Counted from the stretch's first letter, positions 25,679 through 37,291 are shown. The stretch: 64,000 nucleotides of DNA from Eledone cirrhosa (GCA_964016885.1 OZ024747.1:1860001-1924000), one strand, 5' to 3'. The notes: generated by a model not told the origin, from the letters alone. Translations and numbers: made by a program.

Positions 25679-27556
25679 ATGTTAAACGCAGCGAACGAAA
25701 ATAGTGGTGGGGGGACAGCGGTAAGAGTTGTAAGCTCGCACGCTTTAGTCCTCCCTTCCTTCCCAACTAACGTCATAGAGAAGGAAGGAAAAATGAAAAT
25801 AAAAACGGACGAATCTGCGGAGGAAAAATCAAATGACGAAAACAACGAAAAAAAAAAATTTGAAAAATTGCATGACAATACTAATAACACAAACAAAGAC
25901 ACAACAAACAAAAAAATAACAGTTGAAAATAACATCATATCAGAAAACAAAGCAGACGACAAGATTTCTTTTGCACAGAAAACAAAGAAATCTTTGACTT
26001 ATATAGCGGAAAACATTTCAGATGTGGTACGAAGGATCACGGACGCAAAACAATACATAAGTGAAGGTGAGAATGGTATTTTATTGGTAAAAATGCCTCA
26101 AGAATTCACGAAAGACATTGAAAGCCGAACGGTCAAGTTTCGGACCATCAACAACAGTACAAAAAAACCTGAACAGCCTTCTCAAGCAGATATCAAAACA
26201 GTACTCGCAGAAGTACTGAATGAAACAACTTTCATAAGAAAAGACAGACTGTATGGAAGCCTAGCAATTATCATGAAGAACGAATCGGCGGCAAAAAAAT
26301 GTGCTTTGTCACCGATTCGTTCAAAAAATTTCACCTTTTATCCATCTTATATGGGAAAAAAAACTCAACGCATATGGCTGGATGCAATGATGCCAGATGT
26401 GGACTACTGCTGGCTCATAGCTGGCTTCATCGATCCAGTGAATGACAACGTGATTTCCATTGGGAAAACCACAGGCAATGCGTTCAGTGGAACAGGTATA
26501 GAGCTGGTAGTACAAATGAAGCCTGAACGCATCGCCCAAATACCCGACAGAATCCTATTAGAGGACCACGGGTATATAAACATTAGCGTGGAGGGGAGAA
26601 GGCCGTCCTGCCATATCTGTGCAGGCAGAGGGCACCTGAAGGCCGCTTGTCCACAACTCAACAAAAAGAAAACTCTGCTACCAACACCAGCTCCACCACC
26701 ACCACCACAACAGATAAACAAACAACAAAACTCAGTCCCACCCAACCCGTCCCTCAGTAACACCACAACACCACCACAACACAAACAGTCACAACACATT
26801 ACCCCAAAACAAAATACAGGCCCACCCAACCTCTCACTCAATAAAACAACACAACCACCGCAGACACAACACACAACACAGTCTAACATAGTGACATCCA
26901 TCTCCCCCACAAAGAAAACCAACACGGAAACATTACCAGCAAACATACCTCTTCCCTCCAACACTGAAGATAACCCAACGAATTCGGAGGAAGAAACGGA
27001 GTCCTTCAGACAGATTAAAAGGAAAAAAAGAAAACATGTGCAAAACACACAAGGACAAACAACCCCCACCCAAATCGCAACACAATCTAACAAAACAGAA
27101 AACACCCCTCCAGCAACAAACAAAACCAAACCTGCCCCTCCCCTCTTCGAAACACTCACACCATCGGAAAAAAAGACATTACACTATACTTACATCAACA
27201 GAAACAATAATAAATTAAATGAACTCATATACAATAATCCTTCGGTACAAACCGAAGGTGTAAACTTTGTTTCATCAGAAAACCACCCACATTTAAAACT
27301 AATAAAAATCCCAATGAACCTCTACCAAAAACTAAAAAAGGATTTTAAGGAGGACGTAGGACCACCCTCTGTCAAACCCATAAACCGCGTCCTACTAAAA
27401 AGCTTTCCCCCTCCCCTTCCCCTCCCCAACACAACTCCAAACACCCCAACCCCACCACACACCGACGACCCCACACCACCACAAGACACCCCTTCACCCA
27501 ACACCCCCGACCCCATGGAAGTCGTGCAACCCGAACCCCGGGAAGCGGAAAGGTAG
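25679..27556 (+). CDS. ORF1p (gag-like nucleic-acid-binding protein with CCHC knuckle)
   Basis: 625-aa ORF directly upstream of ORF2; CHICAGRGHLKAAC = CX2CX4HX4C; Pro/Thr-rich low-complexity C-terminal half. Confidence 0.88.
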   Translation: MLNAANENSGGGTAVRVVSSHALVLPSFPTNVIEKEGKMKIKTDESAEEKSNDENNEKKKFEKLHDNTNNTNKDTTNKKITVENNIISENKADDKISFAQKTKKSLTYIAENISDVVRRITDAKQYISEGENGILLVKMPQEFTKDIESRTVKFRTINNSTKKPEQPSQADIKTVLAEVLNETTFIRKDRLYGSLAIIMKNESAAKKCALSPIRSKNFTFYPSYMGKKTQRIWLDAMMPDVDYCWLIAGFIDPVNDNVISIGKTTGNAFSGTGIELVVQMKPERIAQIPDRILLEDHGYINISVEGRRPSCHICAGRGHLKAACPQLNKKKTLLPTPAPPPPPQQINKQQNSVPPNPSLSNTTTPPQHKQSQHITPKQNTGPPNLSLNKTTQPPQTQHTTQSNIVTSISPTKKTNTETLPANIPLPSNTEDNPTNSEEETESFRQIKRKKRKHVQNTQGQTTPTQIATQSNKTENTPPATNKTKPAPPLFETLTPSEKKTLHYTYINRNNNKLNELIYNNPSVQTEGVNFVSSENHPHLKLIKIPMNLYQKLKKDFKEDVGPPSVKPINRVLLKSFPPPLPLPNTTPNTPTPPHTDDPTPPQDTPSPNTPDPMEVVQPEPREAER

Positions 27557-27589
27557 GTCTCTACACTCTCCTTTGGCTCTGCCGCCCAC

Positions 27590-30500
27590 ATGGATGTGTT
27601 AAGAGTAGGATGTTTGAATGCACGTGGCCTGGGCTCAACTTGGAAGCAAGCAAAGCTTCTAAATGACCTCAGGTCATGTAGTATAAATGTAATGGTTATC
27701 TGTGAGACTCGAATCAGCGTCATGCGGCAGCTGGCCCCCACCTTCGATGACTTTGAGGTGCATGCATCTCTCTGTCAACCTGGAGGTGGGGGTGGGGTTG
27801 TCGTGCTGCTGCAAAAACACCTGGGTCTTGCCGTACAGGTTGTGCACTCGGACCCGGAGGGTCGTTTGTTGGTGCTAGACGTTGGCAGTAGTGAAAGTGC
27901 GGCCTTGAGACTGGTCGCCGTCTACTCCCCTTTCGGAGCTGAACGGCCCGACTTCTTCCAGCGTTTGGAGACTTTTCTGGGAACGTCGCGTTCCCTGCTT
28001 CTAGCGGGGGATTGGAATGACATCCTGGATGCACGTTGGGACTATGCAGGAGCATGTCCTAATAGAGGGGGGTGTAACAGCCTCAAGGGGTTACTCGACC
28101 GTTTTAACTTGGTCGATAGATATCGACTAGATTTTCCAACTGTGCCTACCTGGACTTGGAGAAACCACAGTGGTCAATCTAGATCGTACTTAGATAGATT
28201 CTTAGTTAGAAGTAAGGATAGGGACATATTAAGCTGTCCAGAAATGCGCACGGTTGGCTACACGGATCACAAATTAGTGACCTGCGTGGTCAATCTCGAG
28301 AAAACACATAGACAGGGTCCCGGTTACTGGAAACTTAATTTGTCTTTACCGGCAAAAGAGACTTACAGAAACCGGATTAGCAGATTAGTTAAGGAGAGGT
28401 TGACGGGTGCAATCGTCAACAACCGATGGTGGGCATCTCTCAAAAGAGAGATTAGAACAGAATCAATAAGTTATAGCAAGATGTTAGCTGCCAATAGGAA
28501 TAGAAACGAGAAAGAATTAACAGGTAAATTAGAAGAGGCAATCAAGAGCGAAGATGTGGCCAGAGTGCTGGCATCGAGGACGGCCTTGAACCAGTTTTTC
28601 GATGCAAAGCATGAAGGCTGCGTCATTCGAAGTAAAATACGTGCTCTAGGTAATGAGGGGGCCAAAGCCGTTGGATGGGCCCGCGTGACAGAAGCTAAAA
28701 GTGGAAATCGATCCACCACCCGGTCGTTGCAAGACGAAGATGGACGAGTGATCCGGGAGCCTAAGCAGATGTGCGAGGCCTTTCAAAAGCACTTTGCCCG
28801 ATTGTTCGGGGGAGGCGGGGGTCCGGGCCGGGGCGTGGATTTCGGTCCATACCTCGACGGCCTGCCGCGTCTCTCGAACAAAGAGGCAGAGTCCTGCGAG
28901 GGACCAATCTCGGCTGATGAGATCGGAGATGCGCTGAGCCAATGCAGCAGACGCAAATCTCCAGGTCTCGATGGTATACCTTACGAACTTTATTTAGCAA
29001 TGCCGGTCTTCTTCTCCGAACTCCTCGAAGCGGTCTACTGCAATTGGCAGCAGAACGGGAGAATTCCTTGTTCTGTAGCCAAGGGCGTAGTCACGCTGGT
29101 GAGGAAGGACGAGAACAAGGGGGATAGTATAAATAATTTTCGGCTCATAACCCTGCTAAACACAGAGTTAAAGATTTTGGCCAAGGTGTTAGCAAAGAGG
29201 TTGGCGCTTGTCGTGGGTGGCCTGGTGGGAGATGCGCAGACATGTGCTATCCCATCCAGGTCCATTCACGATAACCTCCACCTCATGCGATACATCATAG
29301 AGAGGGTTGGCAACAAACCCGGCTTCGGTGGGGCCCTGATCAACTTGGATCAGTCTAAGGCCTTCGATAGGGTCGACCATGGTTACCTGGATGCGGTGCT
29401 AGCGGCGGCTGGGTTCGGTCCTGTTTTCAGAGGCTGGATCACTGCCCTACATAGCAACCACATCTGTTCTAGGATCAAGGTGAACGGCTACCTTTCGAAG
29501 CCGTTCGAAATCACACGATCCATTCGACAGGGGTGCCCTCTCTCCTCCCTTCTGTACGTATTGACTCTCGAGCCTTTACTGAGGAAGTTGGAGTTGTTGC
29601 AGGGTATCCCCCTGGAACCAGGATTGAGCAAAGCGGTGTCGGCCTACGCCGATGACGTAACAGTAATGGTATCAACCGACTCGGAGATCGAGGCGATCGG
29701 TACCTTACTGGAGGAGTACGAAAGGTTGTCAGGAGCGAAACTGAACCGGGAAAAATCCATCGGGCTGCAACTCGGAACGTGGAGAGGCAGACCGATGCCT
29801 CCTGACGGTGTCGTCGGACACTGGACGGAGGGCCCGGTAAAGTTGCTTGGGGTCTGGTTTGGACCGGACCTCCAGGTGGAAAAGAACTGGAACGAGGTTA
29901 CGAACAAGGTGTTTGCACTAACCCAGAAATGGGCCAAGTGTAAGCTGTCCCTAAAAGGCCGGGCGGAGGTGGCGAACATTTACATAGCGTCCGTCACTTA
30001 CTACCGCCTGACTGTCGTGCCTTGCCCTAAGGAAACACTCACCACCATGGAACGCATGCTCTTCCAATTTCTTTGGAAGAAGCGTCCTCCTATGGTGAGA
30101 AGATCCATCTGCTGCCAACAACCTTCGAAAGGAGGGCTGGGGATGCCGTGGTTGATGATGCGTAGGCACGCATTAAGGCTACGGCACCTACAGGTATTCC
30201 TCACTGGTCAACCGGTGTGGGCTCCGTTCGTGAAACGAGCCTTTCCGAGACTCGTCTCACTCACCGAGCTACAGTCCTGGGTCAAGCAAAGATCCGGAAA
30301 ACTGGGAGACTGGCACACTGAGTGTGCTCAGGCGCTCAGGGCTCTCTGGCAAGCGGGCCGGGCCATCGGTGGAGAATCCACCTCATCATTCTATAGAGGG
30401 CTGGTGGCTAGCAGGGGCGATGACACCCTTGGAGAGTCGCTGGACATGGAGGAAGACGAACTGGCCAGCCTGTTCGGTAGGACTTTCGGCCCAGGACCAA

Positions 30501-31027
30501 TGGACAACTTCCAGAAGTCACTGGCCTGGCAGTGCTACCGAGGGGCTCTACCCGTTCGAGAGAGGCTCTACAGACACGGGCGCCCGGGCAGGGATCCCTC
30601 AAAAAAGATTTGCCCTAAATGCGTGCGTCACGAAGAAACCGTGGCGCACGCATTGGTGCAATGTCCGGGCGTGGCTGATCTGTGGGGCTACGCCGAACAA
30701 CTGCTGTCGCGGGTGGCGCCGATTAAATTGACCGCCGAGTCCGTGATGACAATCAAACCGCCTCCCCTCTTCACAAAGGAAGCAAAGGCGGTTTTTCTGT
30801 GCGTAATAGCCATGTTGAAAGAGGTTGTTTGGTGGACACGATTGAAAGGTCTGAGGTCAGGCAACTTCCTCTCTGGCCATAGTCTGGTCTACTTCTTCCG
30901 ATATCACTTCGGAAGAAGGATAAGAATGGAGAGAGAGGTGCTTGGCCACAGGCAGTTTTATGAAAGGTGGGTGATAGTGGCGAGAATGGCTCGTGTAAAT
31001 GGGCCTTCTCTGTATACCATCCTGTAG
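27590..31027 (+). CDS. ORF2p: AP-endonuclease + reverse transcriptase + C-terminal zinc finger (Tx1/L1 type)
   Basis: APE motifs LNARGL, CETR, VYSP, GDWN, SYLDRF, TDH; GPGYWKLN; RT motifs KSPGLDG, DQSKAFDRV, RQGCPLS, YADD; GGLG; CPKC..ETVAHALVQC. Confidence 0.95.
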   Translation: MDVLRVGCLNARGLGSTWKQAKLLNDLRSCSINVMVICETRISVMRQLAPTFDDFEVHASLCQPGGGGGVVVLLQKHLGLAVQVVHSDPEGRLLVLDVGSSESAALRLVAVYSPFGAERPDFFQRLETFLGTSRSLLLAGDWNDILDARWDYAGACPNRGGCNSLKGLLDRFNLVDRYRLDFPTVPTWTWRNHSGQSRSYLDRFLVRSKDRDILSCPEMRTVGYTDHKLVTCVVNLEKTHRQGPGYWKLNLSLPAKETYRNRISRLVKERLTGAIVNNRWWASLKREIRTESISYSKMLAANRNRNEKELTGKLEEAIKSEDVARVLASRTALNQFFDAKHEGCVIRSKIRALGNEGAKAVGWARVTEAKSGNRSTTRSLQDEDGRVIREPKQMCEAFQKHFARLFGGGGGPGRGVDFGPYLDGLPRLSNKEAESCEGPISADEIGDALSQCSRRKSPGLDGIPYELYLAMPVFFSELLEAVYCNWQQNGRIPCSVAKGVVTLVRKDENKGDSINNFRLITLLNTELKILAKVLAKRLALVVGGLVGDAQTCAIPSRSIHDNLHLMRYIIERVGNKPGFGGALINLDQSKAFDRVDHGYLDAVLAAAGFGPVFRGWITALHSNHICSRIKVNGYLSKPFEITRSIRQGCPLSSLLYVLTLEPLLRKLELLQGIPLEPGLSKAVSAYADDVTVMVSTDSEIEAIGTLLEEYERLSGAKLNREKSIGLQLGTWRGRPMPPDGVVGHWTEGPVKLLGVWFGPDLQVEKNWNEVTNKVFALTQKWAKCKLSLKGRAEVANIYIASVTYYRLTVVPCPKETLTTMERMLFQFLWKKRPPMVRRSICCQQPSKGGLGMPWLMMRRHALRLRHLQVFLTGQPVWAPFVKRAFPRLVSLTELQSWVKQRSGKLGDWHTECAQALRALWQAGRAIGGESTSSFYRGLVASRGDDTLGESLDMEEDELASLFGRTFGPGPMDNFQKSLAWQCYRGALPVRERLYRHGRPGRDPSKKICPKCVRHEETVAHALVQCPGVADLWGYAEQLLSRVAPIKLTAESVMTIKPPPLFTKEAKAVFLCVIAMLKEVVWWTRLKGLRSGNFLSGHSLVYFFRYHFGRRIRMEREVLGHRQFYERWVIVARMARVNGPSLYTIL

Positions 31028-31258
31028 GTAAAGAAGTAAAGGAGAGGGGAGCACCTTCTCCATGTGCTCCCCGGGCAAAGATTGCACACTTTTTCGGGGG
31101 TGTGTGCAACCCCCATCACGTCCCCTCCCTTTTGAGGTTATTTTCGATTATTTTCATGTTACACCCTTTTTACTCGATTATATGTAAACTCCCCCTTTGT
31201 ATTTGTCCCTTCTTTTTATGCCTTTATGGTAAATAAAGAAATCTATCTATCTATCTAC

Positions 31259-31289
<31 letters not shown>

Positions 31290-31322
31290 CCTGTCTGTCT
31301 GTCTATCTATCTACCTGTCTGT

Positions 31323-32360
31323 CTCGTCTCACTCACCGAGCTGCAATCCTGGGTCAAGCAAAGACCGAGAAAACTGGGCGCCTGGCACACTGAGTGTGCC
31401 CAGGCGCTCACCGCCCTCTGGCAGGCGGATCCGGTTATCGGTGGAGACTCCACCGCAACATTCTATAGAGGGCTGGTACGCAGCAGGTGCGACGACGCCC
31501 TCGGAGAAGCCCTAGACATGGAGGAGGACGAACTGGCCAGCCTGTTCGGTAGGACATTCAGCCCGGGACCTATGGACAACTTCCAGAAGTCCCTGGCCTG
31601 GCAGTGCTACCAAGGGGCTTTACCCGTTCGAGAAAGGCTCTACAGACACGGGCGCCCGGGTAGGGACCCCGCCAAAAAGATCTGTCCCAGATGCGTGTGC
31701 GACGAGGAAACCGTTGCACACGCATTGGTACACTGCTCGGGCGTTGCCGATCTGTGGGGCTATGTCGAACAACTGCTGTCAAGGGTGGGACCGATCCGGT
31801 TGACCACCGAGTCTATTGTAATGATCAAGCCGCCTCCCCCCTTCAAAGATGAAGCAGAGGCAGTGTTTCTGTGCGTAATAGCCATGGCGAAAGAGGTTGT
31901 ATGGTGGACGCGTCTGAAAGGACTGAGGTCAGGCACCTTTCTCTCTGGCCAACAACTGGTCCGTTTCTTCCGATATCATTTCGGAAGAAGGATCAGGATG
32001 GAGAGAGAGGTGCTGCACCCCAGTCGTTTTTATGAAAGGTGGGTGAAAGTGGCGAGAATGGCCCGTGTGAATGGGCCTTCTCTTTACATAAGCCTGTAGG
32101 TGGAAAAGAGGAAGGAACGAGGGAGCACCCCCTCTCTGTGCTCCTGAGGAAAAGGGTTGCACACTTTTTTCGGGGGTGTGTGCGACCCCCCAAGGCGCCT
32201 CCTCTCTATTGAGGATTTTGTTAAAAATTTATTTTTTGTTATATCTTATTTTATTTTTATATTTTGTTATTGCCTCCTCCTTATTGAGGACGCCTTTTTG
32301 TGTAAACTCCCCCCTTTGTACTTGTCCCACTTTTGATGCCCTAGTGGCAAATAAAAGAAA
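31323..32360 (+). mobile_element. 5'-truncated Tx1-type LINE of a related subfamily (ORF2 C-terminus open to 32099)
   Basis: Aligns to 30251-31241 with many substitutions; CPRC..ETVAHALVHC finger; ends AATAAAAGAAA followed by TATC repeats. Confidence 0.92.
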
Positions 32361-33970
32361 CTTATCTATCTACCTACCTGTCTGTCTATCTATCTATCTA
32401 CCTGTCTGTCTGTCTATCAACACTCCTATCTATTTATGTGTATTTACCAGTAACAACAATAATAAAACACAAACACCAATAGCAGTCCGAAAGTATCATA
32501 GATAGATTGACAGACAGATGACAGACAGATGACAGACAGATGACAGACAGATGATAGTATCTTGGTTAGCCTATTAATGTTATAATCAAGGAATTAGGGA
32601 TTTAATTGTTTACAATAAACCCTATTATTTTTGACTGGTACTATGATATATGTATATATACATCTGTGTGTGTGTGTATGTGTGTGACCTTGAATGTGTG
32701 TGTGTATAGGTTTTTAATTTTTCAGCTCATTCAACTGATGGAGGTTTACAATATATATGCTCATATATTCATGTGCCTCTCTCTCTCACCCCCCCCTCTC
32801 TCTCTCTCTGTACATAGGGTGAGAGTTTTTGTTTTTGTTTATGTTTTGTTTTTTCCCCGTAGTTCACGCAGTTCACTTGTGATTCTCTGCACATCTTTTA
32901 ACTATCCATATATATTCTTGCTGAGATATGAATAAAACATTGAAATCTGCTTCTGTGTGATGTTTGGCAGAGTTAGATTTCACTTGATTTGTATACCTTC
33001 AGTGATGGCATGTTTTATAGGAGAAAGAATATATTGCAAAGTAAAATATGATGGAACATATCTTAGTGCCATATCTATATATTTTGTGACACTATCAATG
33101 AACTAATAGGAAAAAAAAAGAAATACAGAAAATGGCAGCAAAGCTTTGATGTACAAAAGACATCAACATTTTTTGAAGATTTGTCATTCATTGAGAAGTG
33201 GATAAAGGGAGACATGTTCATCGACGTTTTTACATTTGTAGATTGTATAAGATGTTTTAAGGCAAAACTCTATGACTGGATGCACTTCCTGATGCCAAGC
33301 CTCACTTGATTTTAGAAATTAATTCTGGTACATATCTTCACACGTCTAACTGCTGAGATTCTGCTAATACAGAACATCAACAACTATCACCTCCAGTGAT
33401 GCCAGATGCAAAAGACATGTGCAGGCATGCATGCTCACACACGTATACATGCACACACACACACACACTTGAAGAAGTGTTCATAGTTTGAAGACCAGGA
33501 AGACTGTAAATCAGAAATGTGTTTGGTGCAAGGTAGTACTTTGCCTTTGGTGAGGCTTATATATATCATCATCATCATTTTATGTCCACTTTTCCCTGCT
33601 AGCAAGGGCGGGGCGGGAACTGATTCTGGCTTGATTTCTACAGCTGGATGCCTTTCCTAACACCAACCTCATTTACAGTGAGTACTGGGTGCTCCACGAC
33701 CACTTTGCAGTGGAATGATAGGGACTCCAGCCCCTATCATCTCATTTCTACAGCTGAGTAAACTGGAGCAATGTGAAATAAAGTGTCTTGCTCAAGGAAA
33801 CAACACATCACCCGGTCTGAGAATTGAACTCACAACTTTTCGATTGCAAGGCCAATGCTCTAACCTCTGAGCCATGTGCCTCCACATATATATATATGAA
33901 ATTAATAAACATTTGTTTGTTCTGCCCCTCTGTTTTGTTCCCATTCAATTTTTCCTTATATATGTGTATA

Positions 33971-34005
<35 letters not shown>

Positions 34006-34084
34006 GTGTGTATGTATATGTATGTATATATATATACTTATATATATATATACATATATATGTGTGTATGTATGTGTGTGTATG

Positions 34085-34136
<52 letters not shown>

Positions 34137-34221
34137 TATTTATATGTGTGTGTGTATATATATGTGTGTATATGTGTATGTGTATGTGTGTTTATGGGTG
34201 CGCGCGAGTGTGTGAGTGAGT

Positions 34222-34752
34222 GTGTTTTGTGAATGTGTCTGTTGATTTTTGGCATATAGTTGAATAGTTTAAGAGAAATTTGAAGATAATTGTAAGATAT
34301 GCACTCAATATTTTGAATTTGTCTACAGAATTCTCTAAACCCTTGTCACTTAGTAGAACCTTAATGAATTTAGCTTTTAAAGAATCTCCCTTTCCTTTAA
34401 ATCTATCTACCATGACTGACCCCCCACTGATCTTATAGACACCTGTTAGCTTAAGAGAAACTTAATAATAAGGAGTGGCATGCCATCCTGAACCTGTTTA
34501 TAGAATTCTGTCTGCCTTTGTTACTCTAAAAACAAAAATAAATAAAAATAAACTATAGCTTTGTAGAATTAGCTTTTAATGAATTCCCTTTTCTATCAAC
34601 CAATGACCTACACCCATCCCACTCCCCACCCTCTCCTACCACTTGTAGAGACCTATAAATACCATACTTACTTTTTGATACCCAGATTCCTGATGATTTC
34701 TAAAGAATGAAACAGCTCTAGTCCTGTAGAATCTCATCTATATTAAAACTGA
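34222..34752 (+). mobile_element. Non-coding hammerhead-bearing element (Penelope pLTR-like, family H1)
   Basis: Reverse complement of 51240-51765 with scattered substitutions; carries the hammerhead at 34684; flanked by GT/TA microsatellites. Confidence 0.75.
34684..34734 (+). ncRNA. Type I hammerhead ribozyme motif
   Basis: AGATTC-CTGATGA-T TTC TAAA GAA T-GAAA-CAG CTCTAGTC CTG-TA-GAATCT: 6-bp stem I, intact core, stem III ACAG/CTGT, GUA cleavage triplet. Confidence 0.8.
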
Positions 34753-35262
34753 ATATATATATATATATATATACATATGAATATATATATACATATGAAT
34801 ATATATATACATATGAATATATATATACATATGAATATATATATAAGGTATGACTTTCTTTATTATTATTATTTTTTTATATGAAATACTGATTGATCTT
34901 CCTTATATCCCATATCTGATTTAGCCTTAGGGAATGGCTATGTGTGTATATGGGTGATCCATGCATATATTGATTATGTTTTAATATCTCTGTCTGTGAA
35001 TTAGTTGTCTATACATGTGGTTATTCTTTTAATTTTCCAATTGAGTTCTTATACACGTGGTTAATACCTAACAGGTTTAATTGACCAGCGTGTATATTGT
35101 TTTATTTTAAGATGACCTCCCTTTACCCTTTTGGGGGCAGCGTGTATTTTTTCTTTGAGAGGACTGCTGGATTCTAATCTACCAGTCTCTTCTTAGCGCT
35201 GAGGGAGACCATCACCATTCTGTTAATGTCGATATAATTCTTATATTGTTATTGACTGGGCA

Positions 35263-35386
35263 TCCACTGATGAGTTTATAAGAGCCCGCTTGTGTATAAA
35301 ACTATGGATTATATACAAGTTTCTATATAACCTGGAAATTATTTATCCCAAATTGTAGAAATCTTATAACAAAACGGCCGCCTGGA
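35263..35386 (+). ncRNA. Decayed type I hammerhead with long branched stem II
   Basis: TCCA-CTGATGA-GTTTATAAGA...TCTTATAAC-AAAAC GGCC GCC-TGGA; the expected GAAACGGCCGTC carries two substitutions. Confidence 0.62.
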
Positions 35387-35953
35387 AGAAATGAGATATT
35401 TATTTAATAATGTCTCATATAAAATAATACAACCAATTATCCACGAAATACTGATTAGTTAGCACCCCAAACACTAAATTGGGATAATACTTAAGTATAT
35501 CCTAATGTTTGTTGAGTGAGATGGAGTTGGTTGGAGAATCGCTTAAGGCTTTCTCTGTTTATGTATTGTATATATATATATATATATATACCCATACATA
35601 CGTATTTATATATATGGTGGCTGCCAACTCGTTTTCGAGTACAGCCACTACTTCATATCCATGTAGGAGAACCCCTACTGATGCGCTGAACGAGTGTGAC
35701 ATTTTAGTCCAGCCAGCGACTTGAAAACTCTGGTACAAACACTACACTTGTGACAATTATTGACACATATTGCTGGGCCCATGGTACCATGTGACGACAA
35801 GTGCAGAGAGATCTCCAGATATAAAGCAATGCCTGTGCCGTGAAGCTTTTATATATATATATATACATACATTCATATTTATATATATATATATATACAT
35901 ACATATACATACATACATATTTATATATATACACACATACATACATATTTATA

Positions 35954-36838
35954 CAGGGTGTGGATGATATTTGTTCGCAATTTTCAACTGCTAATTTTAT
36001 GCAAATTTTTTTACGTCCGTTGTCACTCTTGTCTTCATAAAAACAGTGACTATATTTCCATTATTTATCTTCAGAATAATTGATTATGAATAATTTTGAA
36101 CCTCCAAATTTGTGGAAGAGACACAGAGTTCTTCTTAGAATCCATGCCGGGAGGACAAATAAGGAAGTTTCAGACTTTCTCAGAACAACAGGTGGCTCGC
36201 TGTCTCATCCAAAGACGTGCCCAGAGTCATGCAGACAAAGTTTCCAGTGACAACATTGGTCTTAGGTGTCGTCAGCAGTCAAGTTGACATCATGCCACCT
36301 CACTTCTTCCCTGAGGGCCTCAAGCTGAACACCGATGGCTACATCCACGTTCTGAGCGAGGTAGTAAAGCCCTGGATCGACCAGGTAGCTGCAGGTAGGC
36401 CATACGTGAGGCAGCAAGACTCAGCGCCCTGCCATACCAGCCGAAAGCCCCAAACCTGGCTGTCAGAAAACTTTGTCGACCACACTTCACCTGACATCTG
36501 GCATCCCAGCTCGCCTGACTGCAACCCCCTCGATTTCTTTGTGTGGGGCACAGTTGAACGAGACACCAACAGATCTAGCTGCAATCTAGATGATCTGAAG
36601 GCCAGGATCACAAGTGCCTTTACGGGCCTAAGTTGGGGGACAGTGACGAAGGCCTGTAGCCGGTTCCGAGGCCGCCCTGAGGCCGTCATCAAAGCCAATG
36701 GCGGGTTTATCGAGTGAGATCGAAAGAATAAGTCATGAAGACAAACTGACCCAAGTTTGATAAATATATCTTAAAAAATAAAACTACTGTCTTATTTTTT
36801 CCTAGACAGTAATCTTGCGAACAGCTATCATCCGCACC

Positions 36839-36841
<3 letters not shown>
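35954..36841 (+). mobile_element. Internally deleted Tc1/mariner-superfamily transposon, DD37D (maT-type)
   Basis: 27-bp TIRs CAGGGTGTGGATGATATTTGTTCGCAA (35954-35980) and TTGCGAACAGCTATCATCCGCACCCTG (36815-36841), 3 mismatches; TA on both sides. Confidence 0.92.
36181..36717 (+). pseudogene. Transposase catalytic-domain remnant (N-terminus and first Asp lost)
   Basis: QNNRWLA...QQDSAPCH...SSPDCNPLDFFVW; 37 residues between the second and third catalytic Asp. Confidence 0.9.
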
Positions 36842-36907
<66 letters not shown>

Positions 36908-36963
36908 CATACATATATATATATATACATACATATTTATATATATATATATATATACATACA

Positions 36964-37003
<40 letters not shown>

Positions 37004-37116
37004 CATATTTATATATATATATATATGTATATATATACATACATATTTATATGTATATATATATACATACATATATATATATATATATACATACATACAT
37101 ATTTATATATATATAT

Positions 37117-37147
<31 letters not shown>

Positions 37148-37153
37148 CAGACA

Positions 37154-37191
<38 letters not shown>

Positions 37192-37193
37192 CA

Positions 37194-37231
<38 letters not shown>

Positions 37232-37233
37232 CA

Positions 37234-37291
<58 letters not shown>

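Larger units (their letters stand above)
25447..31241 (+). mobile_element. Full-length Tx1/L1-clade non-LTR retrotransposon (~5.8 kb)
   Basis: 5' UTR, ORF1, 33-bp spacer, ORF2 and 3' UTR ending AATAAAGAAA, bounded by (TATC)n on both sides. Confidence 0.93.

Noticed and set aside
26960-27010. CTGAAGA...GAAACGGAGTC inside Tx1 ORF1
   Set aside because: Stems I and II do not pair; chance match in coding sequence.
26404-31109. Antisense and alternate-frame ORFs over the Tx1 element (and likewise over the RTE copies)
   Set aside because: Shadows of GC-richer retrotransposon coding sequence.
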